Positions 11,542 through 23,532 of a stretch of 64,000 nt of DNA are shown piece after piece; the first letter of the stretch is position 1; the number at the start of each line of letters is the position of its first letter. Both the position numbers and the translations under genes were made by a program. The stretch lies in the NCBI GenBank assembly GCA_039189765.1, contig JBCCYL010000002.1:96001-160000 (forward strand), in the 5' to 3' direction. This DNA comes from Cyanobacteria bacterium P01_F01_bin.150 (GTDB lineage: Bacteria; Cyanobacteriota; Cyanobacteriia; CAKZMO01). The notes under the pieces were generated by a model, which saw nothing but the letters and a program-made list of their open reading frames with translations, did not search any database and was not told the DNA's origin.

Positions 11542-12336
11542 TTAAGGGATCGCACATTGCTTCATCTTTAGTTCGTCTAAGAAAGATAAAGGCTGGCTCA
11601 TGGTTTCAGAAAAAGTGAGAATACCGCGATCGCGATATTCATAAAGCGTATTACCCTCATCATCAAATAGGAAAGTGCCCCCCCTCTGGGTCAAATATGT
11701 TGAATCAGGGACATAAGTATTCCATTTACCCAGGGATTCTGCCATATTTCTCAGTCTCAGCGTTGCTAGTTCAAATGGCCGCTGAAAGCCGCTCCCGCCT
11801 GCCAAATTAAAGAAGGCCCCTTTTAAGGGGGGTAATGGTGCAGCTTGAACCACTTCATCCTCGCCAATTAACTGGGGAGAGGTGCGATCGCCCTTATATC
11901 CTCGAAACACCTCTGCCAGCGTTCCCGGACTACCAATACCTGCGCACATTAGCATTAGGTTTAGCCATGCGTTTTGCCCTGGAGACAATCCCGGCATTTT
12001 GAAGGCAAGACCTGCATAAAGATTAAGCTGACGATGGATCTCCGCATTGGAGTCAGTAAACAGCCATTCGTTTGGAAAGCCCGTGTACTCACAGAATTGG
12101 GTTCCGGCGGCGCGATCGCCAATTCCCACTGCACGAATGGTGATATTGTTTTCCCTTAACCTATCTGCCTCTCGCCGCAGCCACCAAGCATATTCCATAC
12201 TGTCAAAGTCGCCAAGTTGTGACCAAATAAGGACAAGTAAGCGAGATGCGGTTTCACAGCCTTTGAAAATTGGTATCATTTCGCCATCGCTGACGCGTTG
12301 GCGTTGGGTTTGCGTCAGAATATTAAAAGCAGTCAT
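11542..12336 (-). CDS. Peroxiredoxin-like (AhpC/TSA-related) protein
   Basis: QLGDFDSMEYA, MCAGIGSPGTL, RPFELATLRL, TQRGGTFLF. Confidence 0.75.
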   Translation of the reverse strand: MTAFNILTQTQRQRVSDGEMIPIFKGCETASRLLVLIWSQLGDFDSMEYAWWLRREADRLRENNITIRAVGIGDRAAGTQFCEYTGFPNEWLFTDSNAEIHRQLNLYAGLAFKMPGLSPGQNAWLNLMLMCAGIGSPGTLAEVFRGYKGDRTSPQLIGEDEVVQAAPLPPLKGAFFNLAGGSGFQRPFELATLRLRNMAESLGKWNTYVPDSTYLTQRGGTFLFDDEGNTLYEYRDRGILTFSETMSQPLSFLDELKMKQCAIP

Positions 12337-12353
12337 GGGTAGCCAACAACCAG

Positions 12354-12740
12354 ATGGATATTATTCAAGCACTAAAAACAGATTATCAAAACTTTCCAAA
12401 GAACCAGACATTCTCACTGTATGCAAAGGATGTTTTCTTTAAAGATCCAATGACGGAGTTTAGAGGATGCGATCGCTACAAAGAAATGATTGGTTTTATC
12501 GATCAGTGGTTTGTGAACCCCCAACTCGACTTGCATAAGATTAAACAGAGTGATTGCCACATTCGTACCGATTGGACACTACAGTGGACCACCCCTTTGC
12601 CGTGGAAACCTCGCGTTAGTATCAGTGGTTGGAGTGAACTAGAGCTAAACGAGGAAGACTTGATTGTATCCCATGTGGATTATTGGCACTGCTCTAGGCT
12701 AGAGGTACTTAAGCAGCTCCTCCCATTTACTAAAAAGTGA
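12354..12740 (+). CDS. DUF2358 / NTF2-like protein
   Basis: YAKDVFFKDP, WTTPLPWKP, IVSHVDYW. Confidence 0.8.
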   Translation: MDIIQALKTDYQNFPKNQTFSLYAKDVFFKDPMTEFRGCDRYKEMIGFIDQWFVNPQLDLHKIKQSDCHIRTDWTLQWTTPLPWKPRVSISGWSELELNEEDLIVSHVDYWHCSRLEVLKQLLPFTKK

Positions 12741-12985
12741 GGGATAGAAAAATCCCTCACCTACAACTTATTGTCCTCACCTGTATTATTCACCAGGACT
12801 CGGGACGTAGGATGGGCAAAGAACGCAAGGACGTGCCCATCACACGAGTCGCCCTGATTGGCCCCCATTGTTTTGCCCATCTTACATGGCTCCTTCCCGA
12901 ATTATCCAATATTGTCATGAATAATTCGGGCTAATAAACAATTGGTGTCTCGGCCAACCACCACATTAAAGGCCCTGATTTAGGA

Positions 12986-13567
12986 TTATGGACTAATCGG
13001 CGTTTTGAATTCGGGTTTAGGATTAAATGCCTCTACTGGTGGTCCAACCGTTCCTGCCGCAGGTTCATCATCGGCTACAAGATAAACAGACTGGACCTGA
13101 TCACCATCGTTTGGAAGGGCCACAAAGCGACCTTCATCAATTAAATAGGTCACCACTTCTCCTTGAATACTATTGCCGTCCTGTAGAATATACACGTCGC
13201 CATTAAGGACGATCCGGCCTTCGCGACTATAGTACTGAGCCTGAACTGCGGTAGCTTGCATATTGCGAGCCGGATAAAAAATTTGAACGTTACCTCGGGC
13301 TGTCACAACTCCAGTAATGGCGTTGGCTTCTTGAACGTCAGCCAATAGGGTCATGGGTTGACCCGTCGGGATTGCCTCTTCAGCATTCACCCGTCGCACT
13401 TCAGAGACCAAAGCCCCGCCAATCACAGTGCCGCCCACGATAAATGACAGCCCCCAAGACATCGCATTGCGATATCGAAAAAATGGTTTGTCCGCCGAAT
13501 GCATGAGCAGATGAGCTGGATTTAACAGAGAAAATAAGCGATTCATAACATTCACAGAGCTACTCAA
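12986..13567 (-). CDS. lptA: LptA/OstA family protein
   Basis: ADVQEANAITGVVTARGNVQI...AQYYSREGRIVLNGDV; true start probably downstream of the ORF start. Confidence 0.75.
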   Translation of the reverse strand: MSSSVNVMNRLFSLLNPAHLLMHSADKPFFRYRNAMSWGLSFIVGGTVIGGALVSEVRRVNAEEAIPTGQPMTLLADVQEANAITGVVTARGNVQIFYPARNMQATAVQAQYYSREGRIVLNGDVYILQDGNSIQGEVVTYLIDEGRFVALPNDGDQVQSVYLVADDEPAAGTVGPPVEAFNPKPEFKTPISP

Positions 13568-13730
13568 CAGTTCTAACTAGGCTAACTTAAGGCCGCTCAT
13601 CAGGTTTGGAATGCTGCGTCCTAGCTCCTCAAGCATAGCAATTACAGGGTGATTTCTCCACCACCTTTACGTTATTTTCCTGCTAGGGAATGGATGTCAG
13701 AAGAACAGCATAATGCATTTGTTCTAGACA

Positions 13731-14198
13731 CTATATTATCCGAGCAATAGTAGGTGCTCGCAGCCTTAATTGTGGCAGTTGTTCAACCGTTCCGTTAGAG
13801 GATTGACTATTGTCTTCAACCGTTTCATTCCCAGCATGAACTTGACTGGCCAGAGATTCTACATTCTCTGGCCCAGCCTGCTGTATGGCTTGCAAAAGAT
13901 ACTGAACTGATTCTATAAAAGGAGTTACCTCAATCTCGAAATAGTCAGGTTGATATGCTCCTAAGCGCTGAAGACCTTCGCCCATTAGAATGACACAGCC
14001 TTGCCAGTTGTGGTTGCGGAGATGGTAGAGTCCTACGGCAATTTGGATTAATCCTTGATAAAAGTTGCGATCGACTTCTATTGCCTCTAGCCAAATAGCT
14101 TCCCATGTATCATGGCAGGCATAAAAATCTTTGGTGTTGAATTCTTCGACCCCTTGCCAAAATTCTGGGGGAATATCGGAACGCCTATCTGTGGTCAT
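13731..14198 (-). CDS. DUF309 domain protein
   Basis: FYACHDTWEAIW...YQGLIQIAVGLYH. Confidence 0.85.
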   Translation of the reverse strand: MTTDRRSDIPPEFWQGVEEFNTKDFYACHDTWEAIWLEAIEVDRNFYQGLIQIAVGLYHLRNHNWQGCVILMGEGLQRLGAYQPDYFEIEVTPFIESVQYLLQAIQQAGPENVESLASQVHAGNETVEDNSQSSNGTVEQLPQLRLRAPTIARII

Positions 14199-14606
14199 AT
14201 GTTGCAACTGTTAGTTTCGTAGCTAATTGCCATAAATCCCTTGGCAAAAAGTGGGCATCAGAATTCGCTCAAGTAGGATTATCTTATCCTCTGAGTATCA
14301 CTTTTGAACATCAAGCATTTCAAACGCAACATTTGCTCGTGCCATCCTTCGCGTTCCTGTATTTGAGTGCAGACAATCCATTCAGACGCCTAGAGAAGCG
14401 GACTGTTTGAGAAGCATGATAGCTGAAGGTATGCAAAGAACTGAATGGGACGTGAATTGTTCTGGCCAAACCGTTACATTTAGAGATGGGCGCATTCACG
14501 ATCTATCAATCGCAATTCAAAATGGTCAACCATCCCGTGCTGATTTTTTAAATTTCCATACCTATCAGTATGCCTGCCAGTAGCTTGCTACCGCAATCAC
14601 TTCTCA

Positions 14607-16244
14607 TTATCTATTTCGTGGTAGAGCACTGGCAACAACGGCTCTACCATATTGAGACGGAACTTTTTCATCCCAATTGGTCGATAGATGTAAACGGTTA
14701 AGCGCCTGCATATAGGCATGGGCAGAAGCTACTACCACATCAGTATTGGCAGAGTGACCAGAGTAAATGCGGCCTTCGTGACGCAGGCGAATCGTAACTT
14801 CGCCGATGGCATCAATCCCTGCGGTTACAGACTGGACCGAAAATTCAATAAGCTGATTAGGAATTTGCACAACTCGGTTAATCGCTTTATATATGGCATC
14901 TACAGGACCAGTGCCAATAGCAGCATCGGTTAGTTCCTTGCCATTCGGGGTCAATACCGTCACGGTCGCTGTAGGACAAGAATGATCGCCACAGGAAACC
15001 TGCACATGTTCTAGGCTGTAACCTTCAGCAGTTTGCCGGGTTTCATCATTAACGATCGCTTCCAAATCCCAATCGGTGATTTCTTTCTTTTTATCCGCCA
15101 CATCTTTAAAGCGGGCAAATGCCTTGTTCAGTTCTTGATCGGCTAATTCAAAGCCCAATTCCTTTAGACGAGTGCGGAACGCATTACGACCGGAGTGCTT
15201 ACCTAAAACAATTTGATTGTCGGTTAAGCCAATGGATTGGGCATCCATAATTTCATAGGTGAGTTTGTTCTTTAGAACACCATCCTGATGAATTCCCGAC
15301 TCATGGGCAAAGGCGTTAGCTCCCACAATTGCCTTGTTCGGCTGCACAAACATTCCTGTGAGATTGGAGACCATGCGGGAGGTCTTATAGATTTGGCGTG
15401 TATCGATACTGGTTAGTGGTGCTTCCGATTCCGTTGGCCGACCGAAAAACCGATTAAAATACTGTCGCCGCACATGCAGCGCCATCACTAATTCTTCAAG
15501 GGCTGCATTGCCAGCTCGTTCTCCAATCCCGTTGATAGTACATTCAAGCTGCCGCGCGCCATTTTTGATAGCTTCTAGAAAATTGGCAACCACTAAGCCC
15601 AAATCGTTATGACCGTGGACTGAAATAATCGCTTGGTTAATATTTGGGACATTTTCCTTAATGCCTTTAATCAATGCACCAAATTCTGCTGGAGTTGTGT
15701 AGCCAACAGTGTCAGGAATATTAACCGTAGTGGCTCCAGCCGCAATCGCCCGTTCCAGTACCTGATACATAAATTCTGGATCAGAACGCCCGGCATCCTC
15801 AGGAGAAAATTCTACATCATCCACAAACGATTTAGCGTAACTCACCATTTCAGGCACGATATCCAACACCTCTTGACGAGTCTTTTTCAACTTGTACTGG
15901 AGATGGATGTCGGATGTAGCAATAAATGTATGGATACGTCCGTGGGCTGCGGGCTTAAGAGCATCGGCCGCTGTTTTAATATCCTGTTTGGTAGCGCGGG
16001 CCAATCCACAAATAGTGGGGCCACCTTCCGTACCCACTAGCTCAGCAATCTGGTTCACCGCTTCGAAATCCCCTGGGCTGGCAAACGGAAATCCGGCTTC
16101 AATAACATCAACCCCTAACCGCGCAAGCTGACGCGCAATACTTAGCTTTTCATCTACATTTAGGGTCGCTCCTGGAGACTGTTCACCATCTCGCAGGGTT
16201 GTATCGAAAATAATGATGCGATCAGACTGAGATGACGTGTTCAT
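14607..16244 (-). CDS. leuA: 2-isopropylmalate synthase
   Basis: [35 protein letters not shown]-terminal regulatory domain. Confidence 0.97.
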   Translation of the reverse strand: MNTSSQSDRIIIFDTTLRDGEQSPGATLNVDEKLSIARQLARLGVDVIEAGFPFASPGDFEAVNQIAELVGTEGGPTICGLARATKQDIKTAADALKPAAHGRIHTFIATSDIHLQYKLKKTRQEVLDIVPEMVSYAKSFVDDVEFSPEDAGRSDPEFMYQVLERAIAAGATTVNIPDTVGYTTPAEFGALIKGIKENVPNINQAIISVHGHNDLGLVVANFLEAIKNGARQLECTINGIGERAGNAALEELVMALHVRRQYFNRFFGRPTESEAPLTSIDTRQIYKTSRMVSNLTGMFVQPNKAIVGANAFAHESGIHQDGVLKNKLTYEIMDAQSIGLTDNQIVLGKHSGRNAFRTRLKELGFELADQELNKAFARFKDVADKKKEITDWDLEAIVNDETRQTAEGYSLEHVQVSCGDHSCPTATVTVLTPNGKELTDAAIGTGPVDAIYKAINRVVQIPNQLIEFSVQSVTAGIDAIGEVTIRLRHEGRIYSGHSANTDVVVASAHAYMQALNRLHLSTNWDEKVPSQYGRAVVASALPRNR

Positions 16245-16448
16245 GGCAGGACAATAAACCCTTATGATGAGCTAGTGATAATAAACAGTTTGCGTCTAAT
16301 CTGCTCTCTCAACAAGGCGATCGCCTCCAGCAGACTGCTTACCATCAATTGTCGACTATTGTACTTTCGCTAGTGAAGTTTGTGGAGGTTTGCCACGGAA
16401 TCGCAACGTTCAGGCGAATTTGACACGGTGATCGGTATAAAAATAATT

Positions 16449-16979
16449 TCAGTAGCCGTTATCGCTCTTTTCGATATAGTCTCGAATGCTATTGAGGTCA
16501 ATGTAGCGATCTGTCGCATTACGTAATTCGCGAGCAATCATGCCTTCTGTTGAAACCACCGTGATATGAGTACTTTTAGAACGGAGCAACTCAATAGCTC
16601 GTTCAAAATCACCATCACCACTAAATAAGATGACTCGGTCATACTGATCAACAGTGTTAAACATATCCACTACAATCTCAATATCCAGGTTTGCTTTTTG
16701 AGAATATCGGCCTGAATTATCGTCGTAATATTCCTTCAGCACTTTAGTCCGTACTGTGTAACCAAGACTGATAAGGGCGTCTCGAAATCCTCGCTGGTCT
16801 TGAGCATCTTTTAATCCCGTATACCAAAATGCATTTATAAGTTGGGTATGGGGACTGCCCGTAAAATATTGCAACACACGCTTGGGATCAAAGAACCAAC
16901 CATTTTTTTGCTGTGCGTAAAACATATTGTTACCGTCTACGAAAATCGAGAGACGAGTAATCAGAGGTCTCAAAACCAT
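16449..16979 (-). CDS. labA: NYN domain protein, LabA family
   Basis: IFVDGNNMFYAQQKNGWFFDP, LFSGDGDF. Confidence 0.75.
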   Translation of the reverse strand: MVLRPLITRLSIFVDGNNMFYAQQKNGWFFDPKRVLQYFTGSPHTQLINAFWYTGLKDAQDQRGFRDALISLGYTVRTKVLKEYYDDNSGRYSQKANLDIEIVVDMFNTVDQYDRVILFSGDGDFERAIELLRSKSTHITVVSTEGMIARELRNATDRYIDLNSIRDYIEKSDNGY

Positions 16980-17700
16980 ATCTTAAAGTTTTTTGTAAGT
17001 GAGAATAATAATATGCAGGCTAGGACACCATTTAATGGTGTAAGACGCTGTTGATAGATAGACGAATAAACATTGAGGTTAATGGTCGCACATCATTGCC
17101 CAAACTTTAGTTAACGTTTAAGCAGATAGTACGGGCATAAAGTGTTCCAACTAGCCTCTATTCGAGTTCACTATGCGGCAAAAACCATCAACCCTATATA
17201 TAAGGGTTTACCTATAGATGACATAGAGCAAGTGAATGTGCTTAAACCCGGCCTTAGGGAAAACCAAGATAAGGTTCTGCAAAAAAGCCAATAAATTAAT
17301 AGAAATAGACTAAAAAACTAGGGAACTAACCTAGCAACTCAACTGAATCACTAGGTAGCAATCGACCGAGTAGCTATTATCATCATTGAACCAGGAAGCA
17401 ATTTGTCTACTACCCTCTGGTCATAACTGTTAGAAATACTAACGATAGTATTAAAACAGGTCAAAACTAAACCATAAAAAAACATAAAGTATATCCTAGT
17501 AGGATCAATATAGATCTGAATATATGGAGACCTTAATTGGCATAAAACGTACACAGTACACATATATACAACCTATTATAGAGCCTCAACCTCGCAATTC
17601 AGAAGATATGCTCATAATGTCTATCCATTATCTCGTAAAGGCTTGATGAAGTCTGAGTCCTTAGTGTCATTGTTCGAGTCAGTTATCTAATTTAGCCATC

Positions 17701-18393
17701 ATGCGTTTTGTATCTGCGATTGAAGATGAATCCGCTACACATGTTTCCTTATCTTCGTTACAGGCTCCTACGGTCCAATCTCCAGCTATTTTGTCTTTAA
17801 TGGAGGCTCATTTCAAGGCTCCGTCTCTACGATTGGGAATTATGGCCTCAGGCTCTGGAAGTAATTTTGAGGCGATCGCCCAGGCTATTGCTCAAAAACA
17901 GCTCAATGCTCAGATCCAGGTGGTCATTTATAACAACCCCGATGCAGGGGTTGTGGAGCGAGCAAAACAATGGGGGATTCCAGCGATATTAATCAACCAT
18001 AGAGATTTTGAGAATCGAGAGAGCTTAGATCAAGAAATTGTAACGACCCTCCAAACCTATCAGGTGGACTGGGTAATTATGGCAGGATGGATGCGATGCG
18101 TTACCGAGATTTTGATTAACGCGTTTCCGAAACGGGTATTAAATATCCATCCCAGCCTTTTGCCCAGTTTTCCAGGGCTTCATGCCGTCAAACAAGCATT
18201 GGATGCTGGGGTCACACTGGCAGGCTGCACAGTACATCACGTCGTGTTGGCAGTGGATAGTGGTCCCATTGTGATGCAGGCGGCGGTTCCCGTCTTGCCC
18301 AACGATACTGAGGAGACCTTGCATAACCGCATTCATAACCAAGAGCACGCTATTTACCCGATGGCGATCGCTTTAGCGGCTGCATCTAGCTAG
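17701..18393 (+). CDS. purN: Phosphoribosylglycinamide formyltransferase
   Basis: ASGSGSNF, NIHPSLLPSFPG, GCTVH, VDSGPI. Confidence 0.95.
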   Translation: MRFVSAIEDESATHVSLSSLQAPTVQSPAILSLMEAHFKAPSLRLGIMASGSGSNFEAIAQAIAQKQLNAQIQVVIYNNPDAGVVERAKQWGIPAILINHRDFENRESLDQEIVTTLQTYQVDWVIMAGWMRCVTEILINAFPKRVLNIHPSLLPSFPGLHAVKQALDAGVTLAGCTVHHVVLAVDSGPIVMQAAVPVLPNDTEETLHNRIHNQEHAIYPMAIALAAASS

Positions 18394-18612
18394 AGTTCAG
18401 GCTGGCTACATTACATTAACCTTGACGATTTTCCAGATACAAACATCCACCAAAAACTTCTGCCAAGTTAGCAGGTATCAGGAGTAGTGATGTTTACGAT
18501 GACTAGATATAGATTGGAGGCATCACAGCGTCACCGCAGACTAGCAATGTCGCTTTTTTCTCAATCACAATCCATAATTTTTACTTATTAAAAATACTGA
18601 AATGATAATTTT

Positions 18613-18652
18613 TGCCCTGAGGGGGGTGACACCCCCCACCCCCCTCAGGGCA
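18613..18652. repeat. GC-rich intergenic inverted repeat
   Basis: TGCCCTGAGGGGGG ... CCCCCCTCAGGGCA perfect 14-bp arms. Confidence 0.7.
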
Positions 18653-18919
18653 TACTATGTTAAGTAGATGCACCCTGATGGTTGGGAGAGTTTCCAAATG
18701 GCTCTCCCTTTTTTTACGTCTATAATATAGTCCGTTTGATCTATGCTTGCGAAGGGGCCTAATCATCGCACTTTTCAATAAGGCTGAACATAAGAGGGAT
18801 TTGTCCTGCTTGAAGCCCAGAGTGAGTACTTGCAGCATCTCAATTTCTGAATATCAGATTTCGCCAAGAAGCGAAAGACTACTAAAATGTAAAAAGTAAG
18901 TCTTTTGTGGGAAGCCTAA

Positions 18920-20416
18920 ATGTTTGACGCCTTATCGGAACGCCTTGAATCTGCCTGGAAAAGCTTGAGAGGTCATGACAAGATCTCTGACTCCAATATT
19001 CAAGATGCGCTGAGAGAGGTTCGACGCGCTTTGCTAGAGGCGGATGTCAACCTACAGGTGGTGAAAGGCTTCATTGCAGATGTGCAAGAAAAGGCTCAGG
19101 GCGCTGATGTTGTCGCAGGAGTACGTCCTGATCAGCAGTTCATCAAAATTGTTTATGACGAGCTGCTGAAACTGATGGGGGAAACTAATGCCCCTCTAGC
19201 CCATGCGGAATCAGCTCCTACCATAGTTTTGATGGCGGGACTGCAAGGAACGGGTAAAACCACCGCATCGGCCAAACTGGCGCTTCATCTCCGCAAGCAG
19301 AATCGTAGTTCTCTACTTGTCGCCACGGACGTTTACCGCCCTGCAGCAATTGATCAGCTACAAACCCTGGGGAAACAGATTAACATCCCGGTCTTTGACA
19401 TGGGGAGCGACGCTAATCCAGTAGAAATTGCTCGTCACGGTATAGAGAAAGCTAAAGCTGACGGCATTGACACAGTGATTATTGATACTGCCGGTCGCTT
19501 GCAGATTGATGCAGACATGATGGGAGAGCTAGCTGAAGTAAAGCGGGTTGCCAAGCCTGACGATGTCTTGCTAGTGGTTGATGCGATGACCGGTCAAGAG
19601 GCTGCCAACCTAACCCATACGTTTCACGACCAAATAGGCATCACTGGCGCTATCCTCACCAAGATGGACGGCGATACCCGAGGCGGAGCAGCCCTCTCCG
19701 TTCGCCAAATTTCAGGCCAACCCATTAAATTTATTGGGGTTGGAGAAAAGGTTGAAGCGCTTCAGCCGTTTTATCCCGATCGTATGGCATCCCGTATTTT
19801 GGGCATGGGGGATGTGCTAACTCTAGTTGAAAAGGCTCAAGAAGAGGTCGATTTTGCTGAAGCTGAGAAAATGCAAGAGAAAATTCTCTCTGCTCAGTTC
19901 GATTTCAACGATTTTCTTAAGCAGAGCCGTCTGATGAAGACCATGGGATCGTTTGGTGGTTTAGCCAAGATGATTCCTGGGATGAATAAGATTTCTGGTG
20001 ACCAGCTAGAAAAAGCAGAAGTGCAGCTTAAGCGGTGCGAGGCAATGATTGGTTCTATGACCGTAGAAGAGCGCCGCAATCCTGAGCTGCTATCTCAGTC
20101 TCCAAGTCGCCGTAAGCGTATCGCGAAGGGGTCAGGACATACCCTAAACGATGTTAGTAAGTTAGTAAGTGATTTTCAGAAGATGCGATCGCTCATGCAA
20201 CAGATGGGCCAGGGTAACTTTGGCATGCCAGGAATGGGCGGTGGTATGCCAGGAATGGGTGGTGGCATGCCGGGAATGGGTGGCCTCGGCAATATGTTTG
20301 GTGGCATGCCAGGGATGGGGGGAGGTGCTCAGCCAGGCTTTAGGGGATATCAAAACCCCATGTCTCGTAAGAAGAAGAAAAAAGCTAAGAAGAAAAAAGG
20401 ATTTGGCAGCCTTTAA
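18920..20416 (+). CDS. ffh: Signal recognition particle protein
   Basis: GLQGTGKTT, DTAGR, TKMDGD; M domain with GMPGMGG tail repeats. Confidence 0.98.
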   Translation: MFDALSERLESAWKSLRGHDKISDSNIQDALREVRRALLEADVNLQVVKGFIADVQEKAQGADVVAGVRPDQQFIKIVYDELLKLMGETNAPLAHAESAPTIVLMAGLQGTGKTTASAKLALHLRKQNRSSLLVATDVYRPAAIDQLQTLGKQINIPVFDMGSDANPVEIARHGIEKAKADGIDTVIIDTAGRLQIDADMMGELAEVKRVAKPDDVLLVVDAMTGQEAANLTHTFHDQIGITGAILTKMDGDTRGGAALSVRQISGQPIKFIGVGEKVEALQPFYPDRMASRILGMGDVLTLVEKAQEEVDFAEAEKMQEKILSAQFDFNDFLKQSRLMKTMGSFGGLAKMIPGMNKISGDQLEKAEVQLKRCEAMIGSMTVEERRNPELLSQSPSRRKRIAKGSGHTLNDVSKLVSDFQKMRSLMQQMGQGNFGMPGMGGGMPGMGGGMPGMGGLGNMFGGMPGMGGGAQPGFRGYQNPMSRKKKKKAKKKKGFGSL

Positions 20417-20744
20417 TGTTGCATTGACTTTAATATTCAGCAAAAGAGAGTATCAACTTTGGTTGGGTTGTGGGGCTGCGTCGCGCCCTCAGAAACGTTT
20501 ATATTTTTCGCCTTAAAGAAACCCGCAGAAAATCTTGTAAGATTTTCCACGCATTTGTAAGAGTTACTGATTAATTGGTTGAAGTTGCACGCCGAGCAGT
20601 GATATGATTTATAGCCTGCGTGTTTACGTAGCGTAGAAATTCTCATCATGGAGCGTCCTGCAACGGTCTAGTTCTTCGTTGTGTGCGTTGGAATGATGTT
20701 TCAAGTAATGCAATTTAGGTTTTTTAGGAGATAGTTTTCCGAAA

Positions 20745-20996
20745 ATGGTTAAGTTAAGACTTAAGCGGTACGGCAAAAAGCGTGAAGTTAGTTACCGAAT
20801 TGTGGCAATGAACAGTCGCTCTCGCCGTGACGGTCGGCCATTGGAAGAGCTGGGTTTCTATAATCCTCGTACAGATGAGACTCGCCTAAACGTTCCTGCT
20901 ATTGTTAAGCGCTTAAAAGATGGTGCTCAGCCCACTGATACAGTACGTGCTATCCTGACGAAAGCTAACGTATTTGAGCAAGTGCAAGCAGGCTAG
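20745..20996 (+). CDS. rpsP: 30S ribosomal protein S16
   Basis: [12 protein letters not shown]...[16 protein letters not shown]. Confidence 0.98.
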   Translation: MVKLRLKRYGKKREVSYRIVAMNSRSRRDGRPLEELGFYNPRTDETRLNVPAIVKRLKDGAQPTDTVRAILTKANVFEQVQAG

Positions 20997-21234
20997 CTTA
21001 TGTCTAGGATGCTGTAGATTGAGTGCGATACTTAACATGCCAGATGATTGGATGGTCAGTTTGCTCAGTGCGCAGTCTATTCAACAGTTAACTTATCTCT
21101 TAGTGAGTATTTAAATTGTTTGAGGGGCTGGCTATTGATATAGCTGAGCTTCTGGCTTGTTCTGTAAGTACGATCAGTATGGCAAGTCTAAAGATAGAAG
21201 AAGCACCACAAGTGTTTCTTAGGAGATACCTGAT

Positions 21235-21642
21235 ATGACCTCTGAAAGCACCCCCTCTGACACCATTGCATTATCTTCGGGTGAGGACAAGTCAGTTGAT
21301 TATGCCGAAGTCATTCGTTTTCTAATTGGACCTTTTTTGGACTCTCCCGATTCACTACGCCTTAATTGTGAAACTAATCCTAGGAATGGGCGAGTGTTAA
21401 TTCGCCTCGCTATTGAGGGTGAAGATAAGGGAAAAGTGTTTGGACGTGGTGGACGAAACATACAGGCTGTCCGAACAACGTTGCAAGCTGTGTCGGTTGC
21501 AATGAACCAGAAAGTACATTTGGAGATTTACGGTAGTGACTCAGGGCGACGGAAAAGCGATCGCCCGTCTAATGGGGGGGGACGGCGTTCATCACCTAAT
21601 CCTCCTCGACGCAACTCCCGTCCGCGCCCTAATCTCTCTTAA
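21235..21642 (+). CDS. khpA: KH-domain RNA-binding protein
   Basis: DKGKVFGRGGRNIQAVR; conserved position after rpsP. Confidence 0.85.
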   Translation: MTSESTPSDTIALSSGEDKSVDYAEVIRFLIGPFLDSPDSLRLNCETNPRNGRVLIRLAIEGEDKGKVFGRGGRNIQAVRTTLQAVSVAMNQKVHLEIYGSDSGRRKSDRPSNGGGRRSSPNPPRRNSRPRPNLS

Positions 21643-22596
21643 ATGACCTATACTCAATCGATTGATCTTCTTAGTGCGGAAAATGCGATCGCGTTAACAG
21701 GCGATCGCCACGATCCCGTCAAGCAGCTTGCTCAACTTACTGGAGCAACCGTTGTCATGAGAGGCCAGGACCTGTTAATTTCAGGAACTGAAAGCGCTGT
21801 CAACCAGTGTGTTCGCCTGGTTCAGGCATTGGAACCTTACTGGAGTAAAGGCCAACCCATCACAGGGGTTGAAATTTTAACGGCACGCCACGCCTTAAAC
21901 ACCAAGCGTCAAGATGATTTAAGGGCATTACAGGATGATGTCTTGACGCGTACCCGCAAGGGACAGGTGGTTCGAGCCAAAACATTTCATCAACGACAGT
22001 ATGTTCAGGCTATTCGCAATCATGATCTGACCTTTTGTATTGGTCCAGCGGGAACGGGTAAAACTTATCTAGCCGCCATATTGGGGGTTCAAGCTCTATT
22101 GGATGAAGAATTTGAGCGTTTGATTTTGACGCGCCCTGCGGTGGAAGCAGGGGAAAAGCTAGGATTTCTGCCTGGTGATCTTCAGGAAAAGATTAATCCT
22201 TATCTACGTCCCCTCTATGATGCGCTATATGAGCTAATTGATCCACTTAAGGTTCCTAGTCTGATGGAGAAAGGAACGATTGAAATTGCTCCTCTTGCCT
22301 ACATGCGAGGCCGTACCCTCTCTAACGCCTTCGTGATTTTGGATGAGGCCCAAAATACAACTCCAGCGCAAATGAAGATGGTTCTCACTCGTCTGGGATT
22401 TAACTCTCGCATGGTGGTAACGGGTGATGTCACCCAAACCGACCTTCCTTCTTCGCAAAAGTCTGGACTATTTGTTGCCCAATCGGTTCTTCGAAATATT
22501 GATGACATTGCATTCTGCAAACTGACTCAGGCTGATGTAGTCCGTCATCCTCTCGTTCAGAAAATTGTCAAAGCTTATGAGGAACATCGTGCCTAG
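21643..22596 (+). CDS. phoH: PhoH family ATPase
   Basis: GPAGTGKT, RPAVEAGEKLGFLPGD, YMRGRT, LDEAQN. Confidence 0.93.
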   Translation: MTYTQSIDLLSAENAIALTGDRHDPVKQLAQLTGATVVMRGQDLLISGTESAVNQCVRLVQALEPYWSKGQPITGVEILTARHALNTKRQDDLRALQDDVLTRTRKGQVVRAKTFHQRQYVQAIRNHDLTFCIGPAGTGKTYLAAILGVQALLDEEFERLILTRPAVEAGEKLGFLPGDLQEKINPYLRPLYDALYELIDPLKVPSLMEKGTIEIAPLAYMRGRTLSNAFVILDEAQNTTPAQMKMVLTRLGFNSRMVVTGDVTQTDLPSSQKSGLFVAQSVLRNIDDIAFCKLTQADVVRHPLVQKIVKAYEEHRA

Positions 22597-22611
22597 GTAA
22601 TGCCTCAAAGT

Positions 22612-22644
22612 GATTTTGGCATGACCAGCCATCATGCCAAAATC
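22612..22644. terminator. Hairpin between convergent genes
   Basis: GATTTTGGCATGA / TCATGCCAAAATC perfect 13-bp stem. Confidence 0.6.
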
Positions 22645-22734
22645 GCGATAATTTGTCGAAGGCTCGGCGAAGCTGCGCTCTCAATAAAAAACGTTCCGAT
22701 TCTATTGCGTGAGCGTTCCTTGGCAATAATAGCT

Positions 22735-23532
22735 TTAGAAAGCTTTACCAGATTCCACATGATTTAGAATTCCCCGTAAAACGCCACTTTTGCCCTTGCA
22801 GTTTAGCTGGAGTACTTCGCCCGCCAATGCCCCTGCATCTTTTAAGCTGAACACGATCTCGGTTAATCGATGGCTCATATATCCAGTAATTAACACGACT
22901 AAATTACACCGATATATTTTGGACTTAACGCGATTGCGAGTCGTATTCGCTTCATTCATGCGAGGAATTTCAACAAAATGCTTAAGGCCATAATGGGCCT
23001 GTAATTCTTGAATAACCCCTCGACGAGTACTTGGATGGCCACCAACAAGGGCTAAACGAAAATCTGAAAGGTCTAGAGATGAGGGTGGAATCGAAGAGTC
23101 ACCAGACTGAAAAGAAGATATGGCTTCACTGCTTGCCCCATCATTCTGTCTCGGCTCTATTATCACTCCTTGATGGGTAGAATCCAAGGAAGTTGAAGGT
23201 TCCAGAGAAGACTGAGCGGCTAAAGCACTTAAGTCTTCCTCTAAAATTAAAACCTGTAACTGTAACTCATCCCGTTCCTGAATGATTCGTTCAGTTTCTT
23301 GCTTGGCCTTCTGTAATTCCCCATCAGTATATTGCAATAGTTCCTGCATTTCCTGGTGGAGGCGAGCGCATTCGGCTTCCGCTATTTCCAATGCGGCCCT
23401 AAGTAGCTGCACTTTACGACGATCCTTGCCGCTTAAGCCACCAATCGCTTGGCTAAGCATGGATGAAATCGGGTTAACAATAGCTCTTGGCCAATTAGTC
23501 GGTTTAAAGCGCTTCATCCTCTCACCCTCCAT
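22735..23532 (-). CDS. Coiled-coil protein with C-terminal DUF2325-like domain
   Basis: Coiled-coil stretch then LALVGGH...VVLITGYMSH. Confidence 0.65.
   Translation of the reverse strand: MEGERMKRFKPTNWPRAIVNPISSMLSQAIGGLSGKDRRKVQLLRAALEIAEAECARLHQEMQELLQYTDGELQKAKQETERIIQERDELQLQVLILEEDLSALAAQSSLEPSTSLDSTHQGVIIEPRQNDGASSEAISSFQSGDSSIPPSSLDLSDFRLALVGGHPSTRRGVIQELQAHYGLKHFVEIPRMNEANTTRNRVKSKIYRCNLVVLITGYMSHRLTEIVFSLKDAGALAGEVLQLNCKGKSGVLRGILNHVESGKAF

Noticed and set aside
17556..17569. Isolated GTA-N8-TAC upstream of purN/labA
   Set aside because: No correctly spaced -10 on either strand; the 6-bp pattern is expected by chance roughly every 4 kb.
20220..20330. GMPGMGG repeats in ffh
   Set aside because: Low-complexity Gly/Met tails are usual in cyanobacterial Ffh.
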